Source: Minisyncoccota bacterium
GTDB lineage: Bacteria > Patescibacteriota > Minisyncoccia > Phycocordibacterales > UBA9973
Reading direction: 5' to 3'
DNA: 64,000 nt
Assembly (NCBI GenBank): GCA_041666045.1
Contig: JBAYHR010000002.1
Location: 18,773 to 82,772, forward strand
Shown here: positions 49,224 to 60,033 of the stretch, one piece after another
Layout of the letters: every line of letters begins with the position of its first letter
How positions within the stretch are numbered: position 1 is the first letter of the stretch
Position numbers and translations under genes: made by a program
Notes under the pieces: generated by a model
The model's input: the letters and a program-made list of their open reading frames with translations, nothing else
Databases searched by the model: none
What the model was told of the DNA's origin: nothing

Positions 49224-49810
49224 AGGACATGAGTTAGGTTCTAGAAATTTATTTATACCAGCAACTGGTCCCTAGAAACTAGCGCCTAATTGAGTGTAAG
49301 TTTTCCGCTTTTATCTCGTCATTATGTGTATATCTTGTGTTTGCATTTCTTATTAAAATATGCGAATATGGGGTATGGATATTTTTGCCTTTAAATGGGT
49401 GGTTATCCACATTATAATATTTTGCTGTATTTTTACAGTTATATTATAATATTACTGTGTTTAAAGGTTGCACATTTATGTGTATTCTTTATTCACAAAT
49501 TAAATTTATTTTCGTTCAAAATTCCGTCGAAAAAATTTTGAAAGAAAATAAATGCTCTGAAATTTTTGAAAGAAAATTTTATGAGATATTGTAAGGTCAT
49601 TGAAAATAGAATACAAATTTGTTTTCTGTTTTTAATGTTTAAGTTTTCATCTAAATTGTTTCGTATTAAAAGACGAGACATTAGATATATTAGCGTAATT
49701 TTAGTTTGTCGAAACTAACTTATAATTACGCGAACCCGTTTCGTTATCTTTCATTAATAATTATTATTAGTTAATAAAAAAGATTTCGGAAAGGAATTAA
49801 AAATAATTTT

Positions 49811-51865
49811 ATGAGTAATTTATTAAAATCAAAATTCTTTCTTGGAGTTATGATCGTAACAGTTATGTTCGCAGGCGTTCTTGCTTTCACAAGCTCAGCT
49901 TCTGCATCTGATTGTTCACTCGGTTCAACTACCTTGAAATATGGTTCAACAGGAACTGCCGTTACATGTCTTCAAGAGACATTAGGTCTAGACAGTTCTT
50001 ATCCAAGAGGATACTTTGGAAATGTAACAAAGAACTTAGTTATAGCTTTTCAATCTGCTAACAGCTTAACAGCTGATGGTTTGGTTGGACCTATGACAAA
50101 AGCAGCTCTTTCTGTTGCTCCAACTACAACAACAACTACTACAACGACAACTACTACAACAGCAGATCTTTGTCCAAATGGAAACACTTTGGCAAGTAAC
50201 TGTTCTTTAGCTCCTGCAACAACTACAACAGCAGAAGCTCTTTGTCCAAATGGTAATACAGTTGCAAGTAATTGTGCTATCTTGCCAGCAACCACTACAA
50301 CAACAGTAAATGCTAATGGTTTGGCAGGAACATTTGGTACAATTTCAACTATTACACAACTTTCTGCATACAATAATGAAGAAGTTGGTGATAGTGCAAA
50401 AGATGTAAAAATAATGGGTCTTGATCTTACTGCTTCAGCAGATGGAGATATTGCATTACAGTCAATCAAATTGACTTTTGATGCTACAGGTTATGGATCA
50501 GGAGATTCAACTCGTATTACTGACTTCTTAAGTTCTGTTTCTGTATGGATGGGAACAACTAAAGTTGCTACAGCAAGTACAGCTGATTTTACCAAAGATG
50601 ACACTGGTATTTATTCAAAGACTATTGCTCTTAGCAATGCTATCGTTCGCGCAGATAAGACTGAAAAGTTTTATGTTTCTGTTGATGCAATAGGTAATAT
50701 GGATTCAGGAGATATTAACTCTGATTCATGGACAGTTGGTATCAATAGTATTCGTTACGTAGACGGTTCTGGTGTTGTCACAACTGATGCTGACATAATG
50801 CCAGCAGCTCTTGAATGGAATGCAGCTGGAGATGGAGTAGGAATCGCTTTCGTAACATTCTCAACTTCAGTAGATACTGAATTGAAGATTTCACTTGATT
50901 CAGCTTCACCAGTAGCAGGTATTTCTACAGTAAATGCAACTAACAATACTGATAATGTTGTTCTTGCAAAAGGTAAAATGAAATTAGAAGGAACATCTGA
51001 CATTTGGTTAGATGAACTTCCATTCTTGTTCACAACAAATGCAACAAACGCTGATGAGGTTTCATCAACTGTTTATCTTACTATCGGTGGAAACACATAT
51101 AGTGAATCAATGACAGCAACAGCTGGAACAACAGAGGCTATTACATTTGATAACCTTGATCTAGATATCGTAGCTGGTTCTACAACAACATTTTCTGTTT
51201 TAGCAGATATCAATGATATTGAAACTACAGTATTTGATGAAGGAGATTATTTGACTGTAGACTTAGATGCTACAAGACGAGCTTTGATGGTTGTTGAGAA
51301 CTCAGAAGGTACTCAATTAACTGATGGAACAGAAGTATCTGGTGTTATGTCTGGTAATAAGCAATACTTCTATTCTATTGCTCCAACAATATCAGTTTCT
51401 TCAGTTTCTATTACCCCAGTTGATAATGGTTCATCTTCTCCAGCTTCTGCAATAGCTAAAATGACACTTAAGATTACAGCTGATGGTGGAACTATTTACC
51501 TAAACGGTGATGATGAAACTACTGCAGCAAATGAATTTATTACATTAGCTGTAGATGGTGGTACTGTCACAAGTACAACTGTTGGTTCATACACATTTAC
51601 TCCAAGTGGCACATATACTGTCACAAATAATGGTGCAAATGATGAATATTACACCATTAATGATGGTGATGTAATGTATGTTCTTATAGAAGCCGTAATT
51701 TCTCAAGGCACTGCTGGACCAGCTGTACTTGCTGGTTTGAAAGGAACAGCAATTCTATTTGATACTACCGTTCCTGATGGTACAACTGCTCCAGTTAATA
51801 CAATGAACTGGACAACATTGACTGATATTCTAAAATCAGGCAAAACTGTTGTAACCGGCGCTTAG
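49811..51865 (+). CDS. Large surface protein: signal peptide, PG-binding-1-like domain, poly-Thr linker, duplicated LCPNGNT(L/V)ASNC module, long Thr/Ser/Gly/Asp-rich beta region. An S-layer/cell-envelope candidate.
   Basis: KYGSTGTAVTCLQETLGL...ADGLVGPMTKAAL matches the peptidoglycan-binding domain pattern. A 590-nt leader lies upstream and strong terminators downstream. Confidence 0.7.
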   Translation: MSNLLKSKFFLGVMIVTVMFAGVLAFTSSASASDCSLGSTTLKYGSTGTAVTCLQETLGLDSSYPRGYFGNVTKNLVIAFQSANSLTADGLVGPMTKAALSVAPTTTTTTTTTTTTTADLCPNGNTLASNCSLAPATTTTAEALCPNGNTVASNCAILPATTTTTVNANGLAGTFGTISTITQLSAYNNEEVGDSAKDVKIMGLDLTASADGDIALQSIKLTFDATGYGSGDSTRITDFLSSVSVWMGTTKVATASTADFTKDDTGIYSKTIALSNAIVRADKTEKFYVSVDAIGNMDSGDINSDSWTVGINSIRYVDGSGVVTTDADIMPAALEWNAAGDGVGIAFVTFSTSVDTELKISLDSASPVAGISTVNATNNTDNVVLAKGKMKLEGTSDIWLDELPFLFTTNATNADEVSSTVYLTIGGNTYSESMTATAGTTEAITFDNLDLDIVAGSTTTFSVLADINDIETTVFDEGDYLTVDLDATRRALMVVENSEGTQLTDGTEVSGVMSGNKQYFYSIAPTISVSSVSITPVDNGSSSPASAIAKMTLKITADGGTIYLNGDDETTAANEFITLAVDGGTVTSTTVGSYTFTPSGTYTVTNNGANDEYYTINDGDVMYVLIEAVISQGTAGPAVLAGLKGTAILFDTTVPDGTTAPVNTMNWTTLTDILKSGKTVVTGA

Positions 51866-51982
51866 TTTTAGTGTAATTCTGGTTAATACGCCCGCCTGTA
51901 AAAGCTATGCTTTAAGCATTGCGGACAGGCCTTAAAAAGTATTAAAAATTTCTCTTTCTTGGTCGAATAAGATAGAGAGCTC

Positions 51983-52012
51983 AAAAAACCACTCAGAAAT
52001 GAGTGGTTTTTT
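51983..52012. terminator. Bidirectional terminator (accactca-gaaa-tgagtggt flanked by A6 and T6)
   Basis: Perfect 8-bp stem with runs on both sides. Confidence 0.8.
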
Positions 52013-52093
52013 GTTATTGACATAACAAAATTAATTTGTTTAACTCTTATATGAATAACAATAGTGTTATTTGAAAACTTAAAATCATAAAAA

Positions 52094-53023
52094 ATGAAAA
52101 AGAAAATTTTATTCAGAACAATAGCAATAATTGCTATTGTATTTTTTGCTTTTATCGTAGAAGCGCAAGTTCCTCAAAGTATCAATTATCAAGCGGTGTT
52201 GAGAAATACCACTGGACAAATTATACAAAATCAAACTGCTACCGTGAAATTTACAATTCATCAGGCAACCACGAACGGAGTTGTTGTTTATGAGGAGACA
52301 CAAACAGCAACAACCAATGATTACGGCTTAATAAATTTGCAGATTGGACAAGGGGTTCCTGTTGTTGGAACATTATCTGCAATTCAGTGGGGAACAAATA
52401 GTTATTTTCTGCAAGTGTGGGTGGATATCGGCGGAGGTTATATAGACCTCGGAACGACACAATTTATCACTGTGCCTTATGCTATGGTTGCTGATACCGC
52501 ATTACATTGCAGTGTTAGTGGAACAAAAATAGCTATTAATACAACTCAAGCAACTGCAAATACTAATGGTGTGGAAACCACACTCTATACTATACCAATT
52601 CCAGGTGGAATTTTAGGAACTAATAATGCAATTAAATTCAAAATTCCTTGCAGTGCAATAAATGCCAGATTAAATGTTTCAATTTCAATAAAAATGTATT
52701 ATGGAACAACGCTTATTACAACATTAAACTTTTCATCTAGTACTAATGCAGATTGTCATATTTGGGAAGGAGAAATAAATGGATATATTATTGCTGATAA
52801 TGCAACAAATGCGCAAAAAGCATTAATAACTATATTAAAAGGAGATGCTCAAGGAGGAATAAATAATAATGCACAATTTTTTCTTCAATCAAAATATGGA
52901 ACTTCTGCTGAGGATAGTAATGTAATTAAAAATTTAGTTATTACAGCAATTCCGTATTTTGCTAGTGGATACCCAAATCCCTCTATTACCACTGAAGCAA
53001 TTATAGTTGAAGCAGTTAGGTAA
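52094..53023 (+). CDS. Secreted hypothetical protein (Bacteroidetes-style signal peptide ...VEAQ)
   Basis: Signal peptide. Thr/Asn/Gly-rich beta-type sequence. Confidence 0.55.
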   Translation: MKKKILFRTIAIIAIVFFAFIVEAQVPQSINYQAVLRNTTGQIIQNQTATVKFTIHQATTNGVVVYEETQTATTNDYGLINLQIGQGVPVVGTLSAIQWGTNSYFLQVWVDIGGGYIDLGTTQFITVPYAMVADTALHCSVSGTKIAINTTQATANTNGVETTLYTIPIPGGILGTNNAIKFKIPCSAINARLNVSISIKMYYGTTLITTLNFSSSTNADCHIWEGEINGYIIADNATNAQKALITILKGDAQGGINNNAQFFLQSKYGTSAEDSNVIKNLVITAIPYFASGYPNPSITTEAIIVEAVR

Positions 53024-53043
53024 TAAATAAAAAAATAATAAAA

Positions 53044-53541
53044 ATGAAAAAGATATTTTTTATTTTAGTTGCACTGTTTTGCTACAAAATTTCTTTTGCG
53101 CAAATCAGTGTTGAACGTCAAGTAATCAGTTCAACTGGCAATTTGACAAATGTGGGAGCTATAAAAGCATTCTCTAATGTTGGTGAAACTGTAATTCAAA
53201 CTTTTTCACAAACAACTCTTGTTATTACGCAAGGTTTTGAACAGGGGAATAAAATTTCAGCAACAGGGATTAATTTAGACAATATTTCTTCTAAAAACGA
53301 GATTTCTATTTACCCAAATCCTGTAGGAAATATTATAAATTTAGAATTTCAATCAGATAAAAAAGAGGAAATTAAAATTGAAATGATAAATTTATTAAGG
53401 CAAGTGGTTTTTAGTAAAAATCTTACAGCACAAATTAGTGAAAATAATTTTACTTTAGAAGTAAATACAATTCCTAAGGGAGTTTATATACTTCAAATAA
53501 AAGGTAGCGAAATTTTTACTAAGTTAGTAATAAAAGAATAA
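53044..53541 (+). CDS. Secreted protein with a T9SS (Por) C-terminal sorting domain
   Basis: Signal peptide ...SFAQ. The C-terminus ISIYPNPVGNIINLEF...IEMINLLRQVVFSKNL...IPKGVYILQIKGSEIFTKLVIKE matches the TIGR04183 pattern. Confidence 0.6.
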   Translation: MKKIFFILVALFCYKISFAQISVERQVISSTGNLTNVGAIKAFSNVGETVIQTFSQTTLVITQGFEQGNKISATGINLDNISSKNEISIYPNPVGNIINLEFQSDKKEEIKIEMINLLRQVVFSKNLTAQISENNFTLEVNTIPKGVYILQIKGSEIFTKLVIKE

Positions 53542-53627
53542 AATAAATTAAAAGAGTATAGATACTTGTTATTTATGCTCTTTTTTGTTTGGATAATACG
53601 CTTTTTATGTTATATAATATACATATT

Positions 53628-55484
53628 ATGAATTTAATAATTAAAAGAATTATTCTTGTTTCAATTTTTGTTTTGCCTTTTATTTTTTTATCCAGTTCGT
53701 ATTATCCGGCAGTTTTTCCAAAATCTCTTTTTATAGAAGCTATAACTCTTATTCTTGGAACTCTTTGGATAATTGGCAGATTGTTTAAAAAAGAAGAAAA
53801 TACAATTCCTAAAAACATTGTTTTTTTAACATTTTTTGCTTTTATTTTTTTTCTTTTAATTTCGTTTTTTAACAGTGTCGTTCCAAGTTTGTCATTTTGG
53901 GGAAGCATTGATCATAGCACGGGTGTTATTTTTACATTATGTTTATTTCTGTTTTCTTTAATTGTCAGTTCTGTGTTTAAAACTATGGAAGATTGGCATA
54001 AACTTTTTACAGTTTTTATTGCCTCTGGAATTCTTTTTGCTTTTGGAACATTTCTATCAGAAATGGGTGTTCGTTTTTTTTCTCATAAATTAACTATTGA
54101 TTTTACTATTGGTAATTCATCCTATGCTGGAATTTATCTCGTTTTTATATTTTTTATAAGTTTAGGAATTATATTTTCATCAAAAATTAAAAGTCAAAGA
54201 ATAATTGGTATTTTAGGGCTTATAACAGCATTTTTGAATCCGATTTTAACCGGATTTATAGCTCAAACTCCAGGAACGTCCTTTGGTTTTATTGGATTAG
54301 CCAAAACGGCATCTTATTCTCTTTTGGTTGGGATTGGATTGTTTGCGCTTTATTTATTTTTTAGAAAAATATCATCCATTAAATGGAGAAAAATATTTAT
54401 TGGATCTTTCATTTCTATTTTACTTGCGGGGGTATTATATGTTTCATTTATTGGATTTGGTTCTATACGTCAATGGGTTTCTGAAAAAGCTGGCCCTAAT
54501 AGATTCGTTTTTTGGGATATAGCGTTAAAGGGATTCAAAGAAAAGCCGATTTTAGGCTGGGGAAATGACACTTATCATCTTGTTTATACCAAATATTTCA
54601 ACCCAATTATAACTACCTCGGGTTATGCGCCAGAATATTGGGTTGACAGATCTCATAGTATTTATTTTGATGAACTTGTGTCTGGGGGAATTTTAGGTTT
54701 CTTTTTTCTTATGTCATTGTATGGAATTCTTTTATTTGGCCTTATCCAGAAAGCAGTCAAAGATAGAGGGAAAGAGGGTATTTTATATATGGCTTTATTT
54801 GCTGGTGTAGTTTCGTTCCTTATTCAAGGAGTGATGTTTTTTCAAACAGTTATTGGTTGGTTTATTATTTCTTTACTTATTGCTTTTGTTGCTAATTTTT
54901 GTTTTAGAAACAGAATTTTTACTTTTAAAACTAAAATTGATTTTTCAAAATATAAAGTTATTATTTCAATATTTTTAATTATTTTATTTTCTTTTGGCAT
55001 GGTTTATTTTATATTTAAACCATACGGTATTTCACATAAACTTGCTTCCTTTCCAAGGATGGAGCCTAATGAAAGATTAATTATTTACGATAAAATTAAT
55101 AATGCCTATATGGGGAATACAGCGGATCTTGGTACAGCCTTTCTTCCTTTTGGTGAAAGTATGCGTAAGGTGTTATTTAATATAAAATTATCTGAAGAAG
55201 ACAAGAAAGGAGCAATCAATGAAATGAATAAAATTACTGATGTTTTAGAAAATGGTTTAAAAAAAGAAAATTATATGGATATGAAATTATTAATGAGTAC
55301 AGTTGAATTTTACTCAATTCTTACTTCATTAGCTGAAGGTCAGGATAAAATAAATTATTATAATAAAGGTATCTCTTATATAGATAAAATGCTTTTAGTT
55401 TCACCTAAAAATCACATTAATGAAATGTCAAAAGGAATAATGGATTTTTCTCTTAAGCAAAATTTAGCAAATTTGCCAAGGTAA
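53628..55484 (+). CDS. O-antigen ligase (Wzy_C)-like polytopic membrane protein with a C-terminal soluble helical domain (paralog 1; the ORF track starts at a TTG at 53589)
   Basis: More than 10 TM helices. The RFVFWDIALKGFKEKPILGWGNDTY motif is typical of Wzy_C. Confidence 0.7.
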   Translation: MNLIIKRIILVSIFVLPFIFLSSSYYPAVFPKSLFIEAITLILGTLWIIGRLFKKEENTIPKNIVFLTFFAFIFFLLISFFNSVVPSLSFWGSIDHSTGVIFTLCLFLFSLIVSSVFKTMEDWHKLFTVFIASGILFAFGTFLSEMGVRFFSHKLTIDFTIGNSSYAGIYLVFIFFISLGIIFSSKIKSQRIIGILGLITAFLNPILTGFIAQTPGTSFGFIGLAKTASYSLLVGIGLFALYLFFRKISSIKWRKIFIGSFISILLAGVLYVSFIGFGSIRQWVSEKAGPNRFVFWDIALKGFKEKPILGWGNDTYHLVYTKYFNPIITTSGYAPEYWVDRSHSIYFDELVSGGILGFFFLMSLYGILLFGLIQKAVKDRGKEGILYMALFAGVVSFLIQGVMFFQTVIGWFIISLLIAFVANFCFRNRIFTFKTKIDFSKYKVIISIFLIILFSFGMVYFIFKPYGISHKLASFPRMEPNERLIIYDKINNAYMGNTADLGTAFLPFGESMRKVLFNIKLSEEDKKGAINEMNKITDVLENGLKKENYMDMKLLMSTVEFYSILTSLAEGQDKINYYNKGISYIDKMLLVSPKNHINEMSKGIMDFSLKQNLANLPR

Positions 55485-55545
55485 TTTATAAAAATTATAT
55501 TTATTTACTATTTGTTTTTAATGTTTTTTGTGATATTCTTTTATT

Positions 55546-57591
55546 ATGAAAAGGATAGATATGGATGTTTTTTTAGTTAATATTTTGCTTTTTTTATTGC
55601 CCCTTATTTATGTTATAGGATTTTTCTCTTTTAATTCATTACGTTATTTTTTCTTTGGAACAATAGTTCTTATTCTTACAATATTTACTACGATAAGATT
55701 TATTAAAAATAAATGGCTTATAAATAATTTTTTTAAAAGCTGGTATAGTTATGGATTAATTGCTTATTTAACTTCTTTTTTTATAGTTTCAATTACAAGT
55801 ATTGACCCAGCTCTTTCTTTTTTTTCTTCTTTTTCTAGAAGTGATGGATTTTTTGCAATCCTTTTCCTTTCTTTGTTTTCATTGTCTATTTATAGCATTA
55901 TTTCTGTTTCTGAAAATAAAAAAGAAATTATTAAGCAATTTCTTGCTTCTTCTGTTTTGGGCGCGGTTGTATTATCAATATTTATTCTTTTTTCTTCAGA
56001 AGGGTTGTCTATCTTTAATTGGAATTGGTTAACTAAAACTGGGGGAGGAGCGATGACGGGGAACCAGTCTATTGCAGGTTCTTATATTATATGGAATATC
56101 TTTTTTGCGGTAATTTTATTTTTCAAATCAGATTTTTTAAAAGAAAAGATATTTTCTATTTTTTCCTTTTTTATTTTAATTTTTTCTCCTTTATTTTTTA
56201 ATTGGCATTTATTTTTTGGAAAAATCAAATATTCAGGATTAACAAGTTTTGTTGGTTTAGCCAGAGGTGTGTTTTTAGGTATAATTTTTGGTTTTTTAGT
56301 AGCGATAGGAATCTATTTTTTATTGCAGAAAAATAAAATTAAAAAATATATTGGGATAGGGTTAATATCAATTATTTTTATAAGTACTATTTTAGGCGGA
56401 ATATCACTTTTGCAAAAATCTTCTGTTTTGCATCAAAAATTTATTGAAAATGTTGGTGGAAATCGTTTTATTTTTTGGGATGCTGCATTGGAAGGATTCA
56501 AAGAGAGTCCTTTGGTTGGCATAGGTCCAAGTAATTTTGGGTATTCCTTTCATAAATACTTTAATGCTAAATTAGAATATGAAGTTATGGTTGATAAAGC
56601 GCATAATATTTTTTTTGAAAGTTTAGTTAATGGTGGAATATTGCTTATTTTAGCATTGTTATTTTTTATTACCTCAATTATTACCGGACTGATAAAATTG
56701 GCAAAAAAGAATGAATTTTCAATTTTAGAAATTTCTTTATTTATTGGAGTATTATTTGGTTGGTTATTTCAAGCTCAATTTGTATTTGATTCTATTTTAT
56801 CTCTTTCGATGCTTTTCTTGATTTGCGGTATTTTATATGGATGTTTGGAAGAAAAAATAGAAAATCACAAAAAAATATATTATTTTTCTAAAAAAGAGAA
56901 ATTAGTTATCTTTATCATTGTTCTTGTAATTATTTCATTATTTATTTATACAATTGCTCTTCCTTATAAAAAAAATAGAACAATGTATAAAACATACAGT
57001 ACTAGCTTGCCAGCTCGTATTATTTTATGGAAAGATCTTTCCGGCATATCCCCAATGGGAGATTCAATTGATACTGTTGTAATGTTTGATAAAGTATTTA
57101 AATCTTATTATACAGAAATAAAAATGAAATATGTTGGCAATTGGGATATTCGTAAAAAAGAGATAATTCTAAAAGAGTTAGATGCTATTATTAATTATTT
57201 TTCTAATTCAACTTACCGAAAAGATGATTATGAATTTATTACTCTAAATATTAAATTTGGCTGGATAAGAATGTATATTGCTAATGATTTTTCTGGTTTT
57301 TTATTTGATAAAACTAAAGAACTTATTAAAAAAGCAATGTTATTGTCTCCAACAGATCCACAACCTTATTGGCTTGGTGTTCAAATAGAGATTGCAAATC
57401 AAAATTTTTCTGAAGCAAAAAGCTTATTGGAAAAAGCTTTTTCCCTTGAACCAAAATTAAAATATACTAATAATATGATTTTATTACTTGCAAAAGATAT
57501 GAAAGATGAAGTATATTATAATTTTGCTCTTAAACGAGCTGGAGAAAATATTTCCAATTTTATTATTAATAATGAAATAAAATTTAAGTAA
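55546..57591 (+). CDS. O-antigen ligase (Wzy_C)-like membrane protein (paralog 2)
   Basis: RFIFWDAALEGFKESPLVGIGPSNFGY motif. Same architecture as the 53628 gene. Confidence 0.7.
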   Translation: MKRIDMDVFLVNILLFLLPLIYVIGFFSFNSLRYFFFGTIVLILTIFTTIRFIKNKWLINNFFKSWYSYGLIAYLTSFFIVSITSIDPALSFFSSFSRSDGFFAILFLSLFSLSIYSIISVSENKKEIIKQFLASSVLGAVVLSIFILFSSEGLSIFNWNWLTKTGGGAMTGNQSIAGSYIIWNIFFAVILFFKSDFLKEKIFSIFSFFILIFSPLFFNWHLFFGKIKYSGLTSFVGLARGVFLGIIFGFLVAIGIYFLLQKNKIKKYIGIGLISIIFISTILGGISLLQKSSVLHQKFIENVGGNRFIFWDAALEGFKESPLVGIGPSNFGYSFHKYFNAKLEYEVMVDKAHNIFFESLVNGGILLILALLFFITSIITGLIKLAKKNEFSILEISLFIGVLFGWLFQAQFVFDSILSLSMLFLICGILYGCLEEKIENHKKIYYFSKKEKLVIFIIVLVIISLFIYTIALPYKKNRTMYKTYSTSLPARIILWKDLSGISPMGDSIDTVVMFDKVFKSYYTEIKMKYVGNWDIRKKEIILKELDAIINYFSNSTYRKDDYEFITLNIKFGWIRMYIANDFSGFLFDKTKELIKKAMLLSPTDPQPYWLGVQIEIANQNFSEAKSLLEKAFSLEPKLKYTNNMILLLAKDMKDEVYYNFALKRAGENISNFIINNEIKFK

Positions 57592-57598
57592 ATTATTT

Positions 57599-58504
57599 AT
57601 GGAAAAAATCATTGTTACAGGAGGGGCTGGTTTTATAGGATCACATATCGTAGATGCTCTTATTAATGAAGAATATGAAGTTCATATTATAGATAATATG
57701 TGTGCTGGAAAAAAGGAAAATATAAATTCTAAAGCAATTTTACATATTGTTGATATAAGAGATAAAGAAAAACTTGTTCCAATTTTTAAAGGTGTAAAAT
57801 ATGTTTTTCACGAGGCTGCCTTACCAAGAGTTCAATATTCTATAGAAAATCCAATTGAAACGCATGAAATTAACGTAACAGGCTTGTTAAATGTATTAGA
57901 GGCTTCAAGGGTAAATAACGTAAAGAGAGTGATTTTTGCCTCTTCTAGCGCCATATATGGAGATTCAGATATATTGCCAACAATGGAGACTATGGAAGCA
58001 AATCCGCTTTCCCCTTATGCGGCTCATAAATATATTGGAGAAATTTATCTTAAATTATATGCGCAAATTTATGGAGTGCAAACTGTTTGCCTTCGTTACT
58101 TTAATGTTTATGGACCGCGTATTAATCCAGATGGAGCTTATCCTTTGGTTATAGGGTATTTTTTAAAATTGTCTATGCAAAACAAACCTCTTACTATTAC
58201 TGGAGATGGAAAGCAAACCAGAGATTTTACTCACGTGAGTGATGTGGTAAAAGCTAATTTATTGGCAATGAAATCTGATAAAGTGGGGAAGGGTGAAATT
58301 ATAAATATTGGGGGTGGACAGAGATATGATATTAATTATATTGCCAAATTAATTGGTGGTAAGATAGAATACATTCCTTCTCGCATAGAACCCCATGATA
58401 CAGAAGCTGATATTTCAAAAGCAAAAGAACTTCTTGATTGGGAACCGACCATTAAAATAGAGGATGGAATTTTAGAATTAAAGGAGATAAGTAAATTATT
58501 TTAA
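57599..58504 (+). CDS. NAD-dependent sugar-nucleotide epimerase/dehydratase (GalE-like SDR)
   Basis: TGGAGFIGSH Rossmann motif and a YxxxK context (YAAHKYIGE). Confidence 0.85.
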   Translation: MEKIIVTGGAGFIGSHIVDALINEEYEVHIIDNMCAGKKENINSKAILHIVDIRDKEKLVPIFKGVKYVFHEAALPRVQYSIENPIETHEINVTGLLNVLEASRVNNVKRVIFASSSAIYGDSDILPTMETMEANPLSPYAAHKYIGEIYLKLYAQIYGVQTVCLRYFNVYGPRINPDGAYPLVIGYFLKLSMQNKPLTITGDGKQTRDFTHVSDVVKANLLAMKSDKVGKGEIINIGGGQRYDINYIAKLIGGKIEYIPSRIEPHDTEADISKAKELLDWEPTIKIEDGILELKEISKLF

Positions 58505-58956
58505 TGAAAAAATTAAAAAAGAAAAAGAAAAAAATTGTTGCAGTAAGTGGTGGGTTTGATCCGATTCACATAGGGCATGTTCGTTATATGAAAGAGGCTA
58601 AAGCAATGGGTGATAAGTTAATTGTAATTTTAAATAATGATAATTGGTTAAAATTAAAAGGAAAACCAGTTTTTATGCCAGATAAAGAAAGAAAAGAAAT
58701 TATAGAAGCATTTGATTGCGTAGATGAAGTAATTATTTCACGACACCCTAAAAATACTAAAGAAATGAGTGTTTGTAAGGAGTTGGCAAAAATCAAACCT
58801 GATATTTTTGCAAATGGTGGAGATAGGAAAGATTTTAATATTCCAGAATTTACATTATGTAATGATTTAGGTATTAAAATGGTTTTTAATGTCGGTCGTG
58901 GAGGTAAAATTCGCAGTTCTTCGGAATTATTAAAAAAATATTCTAAAAAAATATAA
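58504..58956 (+). CDS. Cytidylyltransferase-like nucleotidyltransferase (TagD/RfaE-domain-II type)
   Basis: The [10 protein letters not shown] (HxGH) motif is typical of the cytidylyltransferase family. Confidence 0.75.
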   Translation: MKKLKKKKKKIVAVSGGFDPIHIGHVRYMKEAKAMGDKLIVILNNDNWLKLKGKPVFMPDKERKEIIEAFDCVDEVIISRHPKNTKEMSVCKELAKIKPDIFANGGDRKDFNIPEFTLCNDLGIKMVFNVGRGGKIRSSSELLKKYSKKI

Positions 58957-58963
58957 ACAATAT

Positions 58964-60019
58964 ATGAAAAATAAAAAAAGAGCATTGATTACAGGTATTA
59001 CAGGTCAAGATGGTTCATATCTTGCCGAGTTTTTATTAAAAAAAGGGTATGAGGTTCATGGTATTATTCGTCGAGCTAGCACTTTTAATACTGGTCGCTT
59101 AGATAATATTTACCAGGATCCTCATGAAAGCGGACGTCGACTTTTTCTGCATTATGGTGATATTTCAGATAGTAGTAATATTAGTCGTTTAATTGAAAAA
59201 ATTAAACCAGATGAAATTTATCATTTAGCGGCGCAAAGTCACGTTCGGGTTAGTTTTGATTTGCCAGAATATACTGGAGATGTTACTGGATTAGGTACCG
59301 TTAGAATTTTAGATGCTATAAAAAATTCTGGAATCAAAACTAAATTTTATCAGGCCTCTTCAAGTGAAATGTTTGGTAAAGTTGATAAAAAAGATTTACC
59401 AATTACAGAAAAAAATCAATTTTATCCTAGATCTCCTTATGGTTGCTCGAAAGTATATTCATATTGGAGTACAAAAAATTATCGTGAAAGTTATGGTTTA
59501 TTTGCTGTGAATGGTATTTTATTTAACCATGAATCTCCTCGTCGTGGAGAAACTTTCGTTACTCGTAAGATTACTAGAGGTCTGGCTCGTATAAAAAATG
59601 GTAAAGATAAAAAATTATTTCTTGGATATTTAGACGCTAGTCGCGACTGGGGCTATGCACCAGATTATGTGGAGGCGATGTATTTAATGCTTCAACAAAA
59701 AAACCCAGGAGATTATATCATTGCTACCGGCGAAACACACACCGTTCGTGAATTTATAGAAAAGGCAGCAAAATATGTTGGATTTGATTTGATTTGGAAA
59801 GGTAAAGATTTGGATGAGAAAGGAATTGATAAAAAAACCGGTAAAGTTATAGTAGAAATTGATCCGAAATATTTTAGACCAGCTGAAGTGGATATTTTAT
59901 TGGGTGATTATAAAAAAGCAAAAAAAGAATTAGGCTGGAAACCAAAAGTTAAATTTGATGAATTAATTAAAATAATGATGGAAGCTGATTTAAAAAACGA
60001 TAGAAAGAGTGAAGAATAA
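58964..60019 (+). CDS. gmd: GDP-mannose 4,6-dehydratase
   Basis: [19 protein letters not shown], the ...YxxxK region and [15 protein letters not shown] are all typical of Gmd. Confidence 0.9.
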   Translation: MKNKKRALITGITGQDGSYLAEFLLKKGYEVHGIIRRASTFNTGRLDNIYQDPHESGRRLFLHYGDISDSSNISRLIEKIKPDEIYHLAAQSHVRVSFDLPEYTGDVTGLGTVRILDAIKNSGIKTKFYQASSSEMFGKVDKKDLPITEKNQFYPRSPYGCSKVYSYWSTKNYRESYGLFAVNGILFNHESPRRGETFVTRKITRGLARIKNGKDKKLFLGYLDASRDWGYAPDYVEAMYLMLQQKNPGDYIIATGETHTVREFIEKAAKYVGFDLIWKGKDLDEKGIDKKTGKVIVEIDPKYFRPAEVDILLGDYKKAKKELGWKPKVKFDELIKIMMEADLKNDRKSEE

Positions 60020-60033
60020 TCAATTTATTAAAA

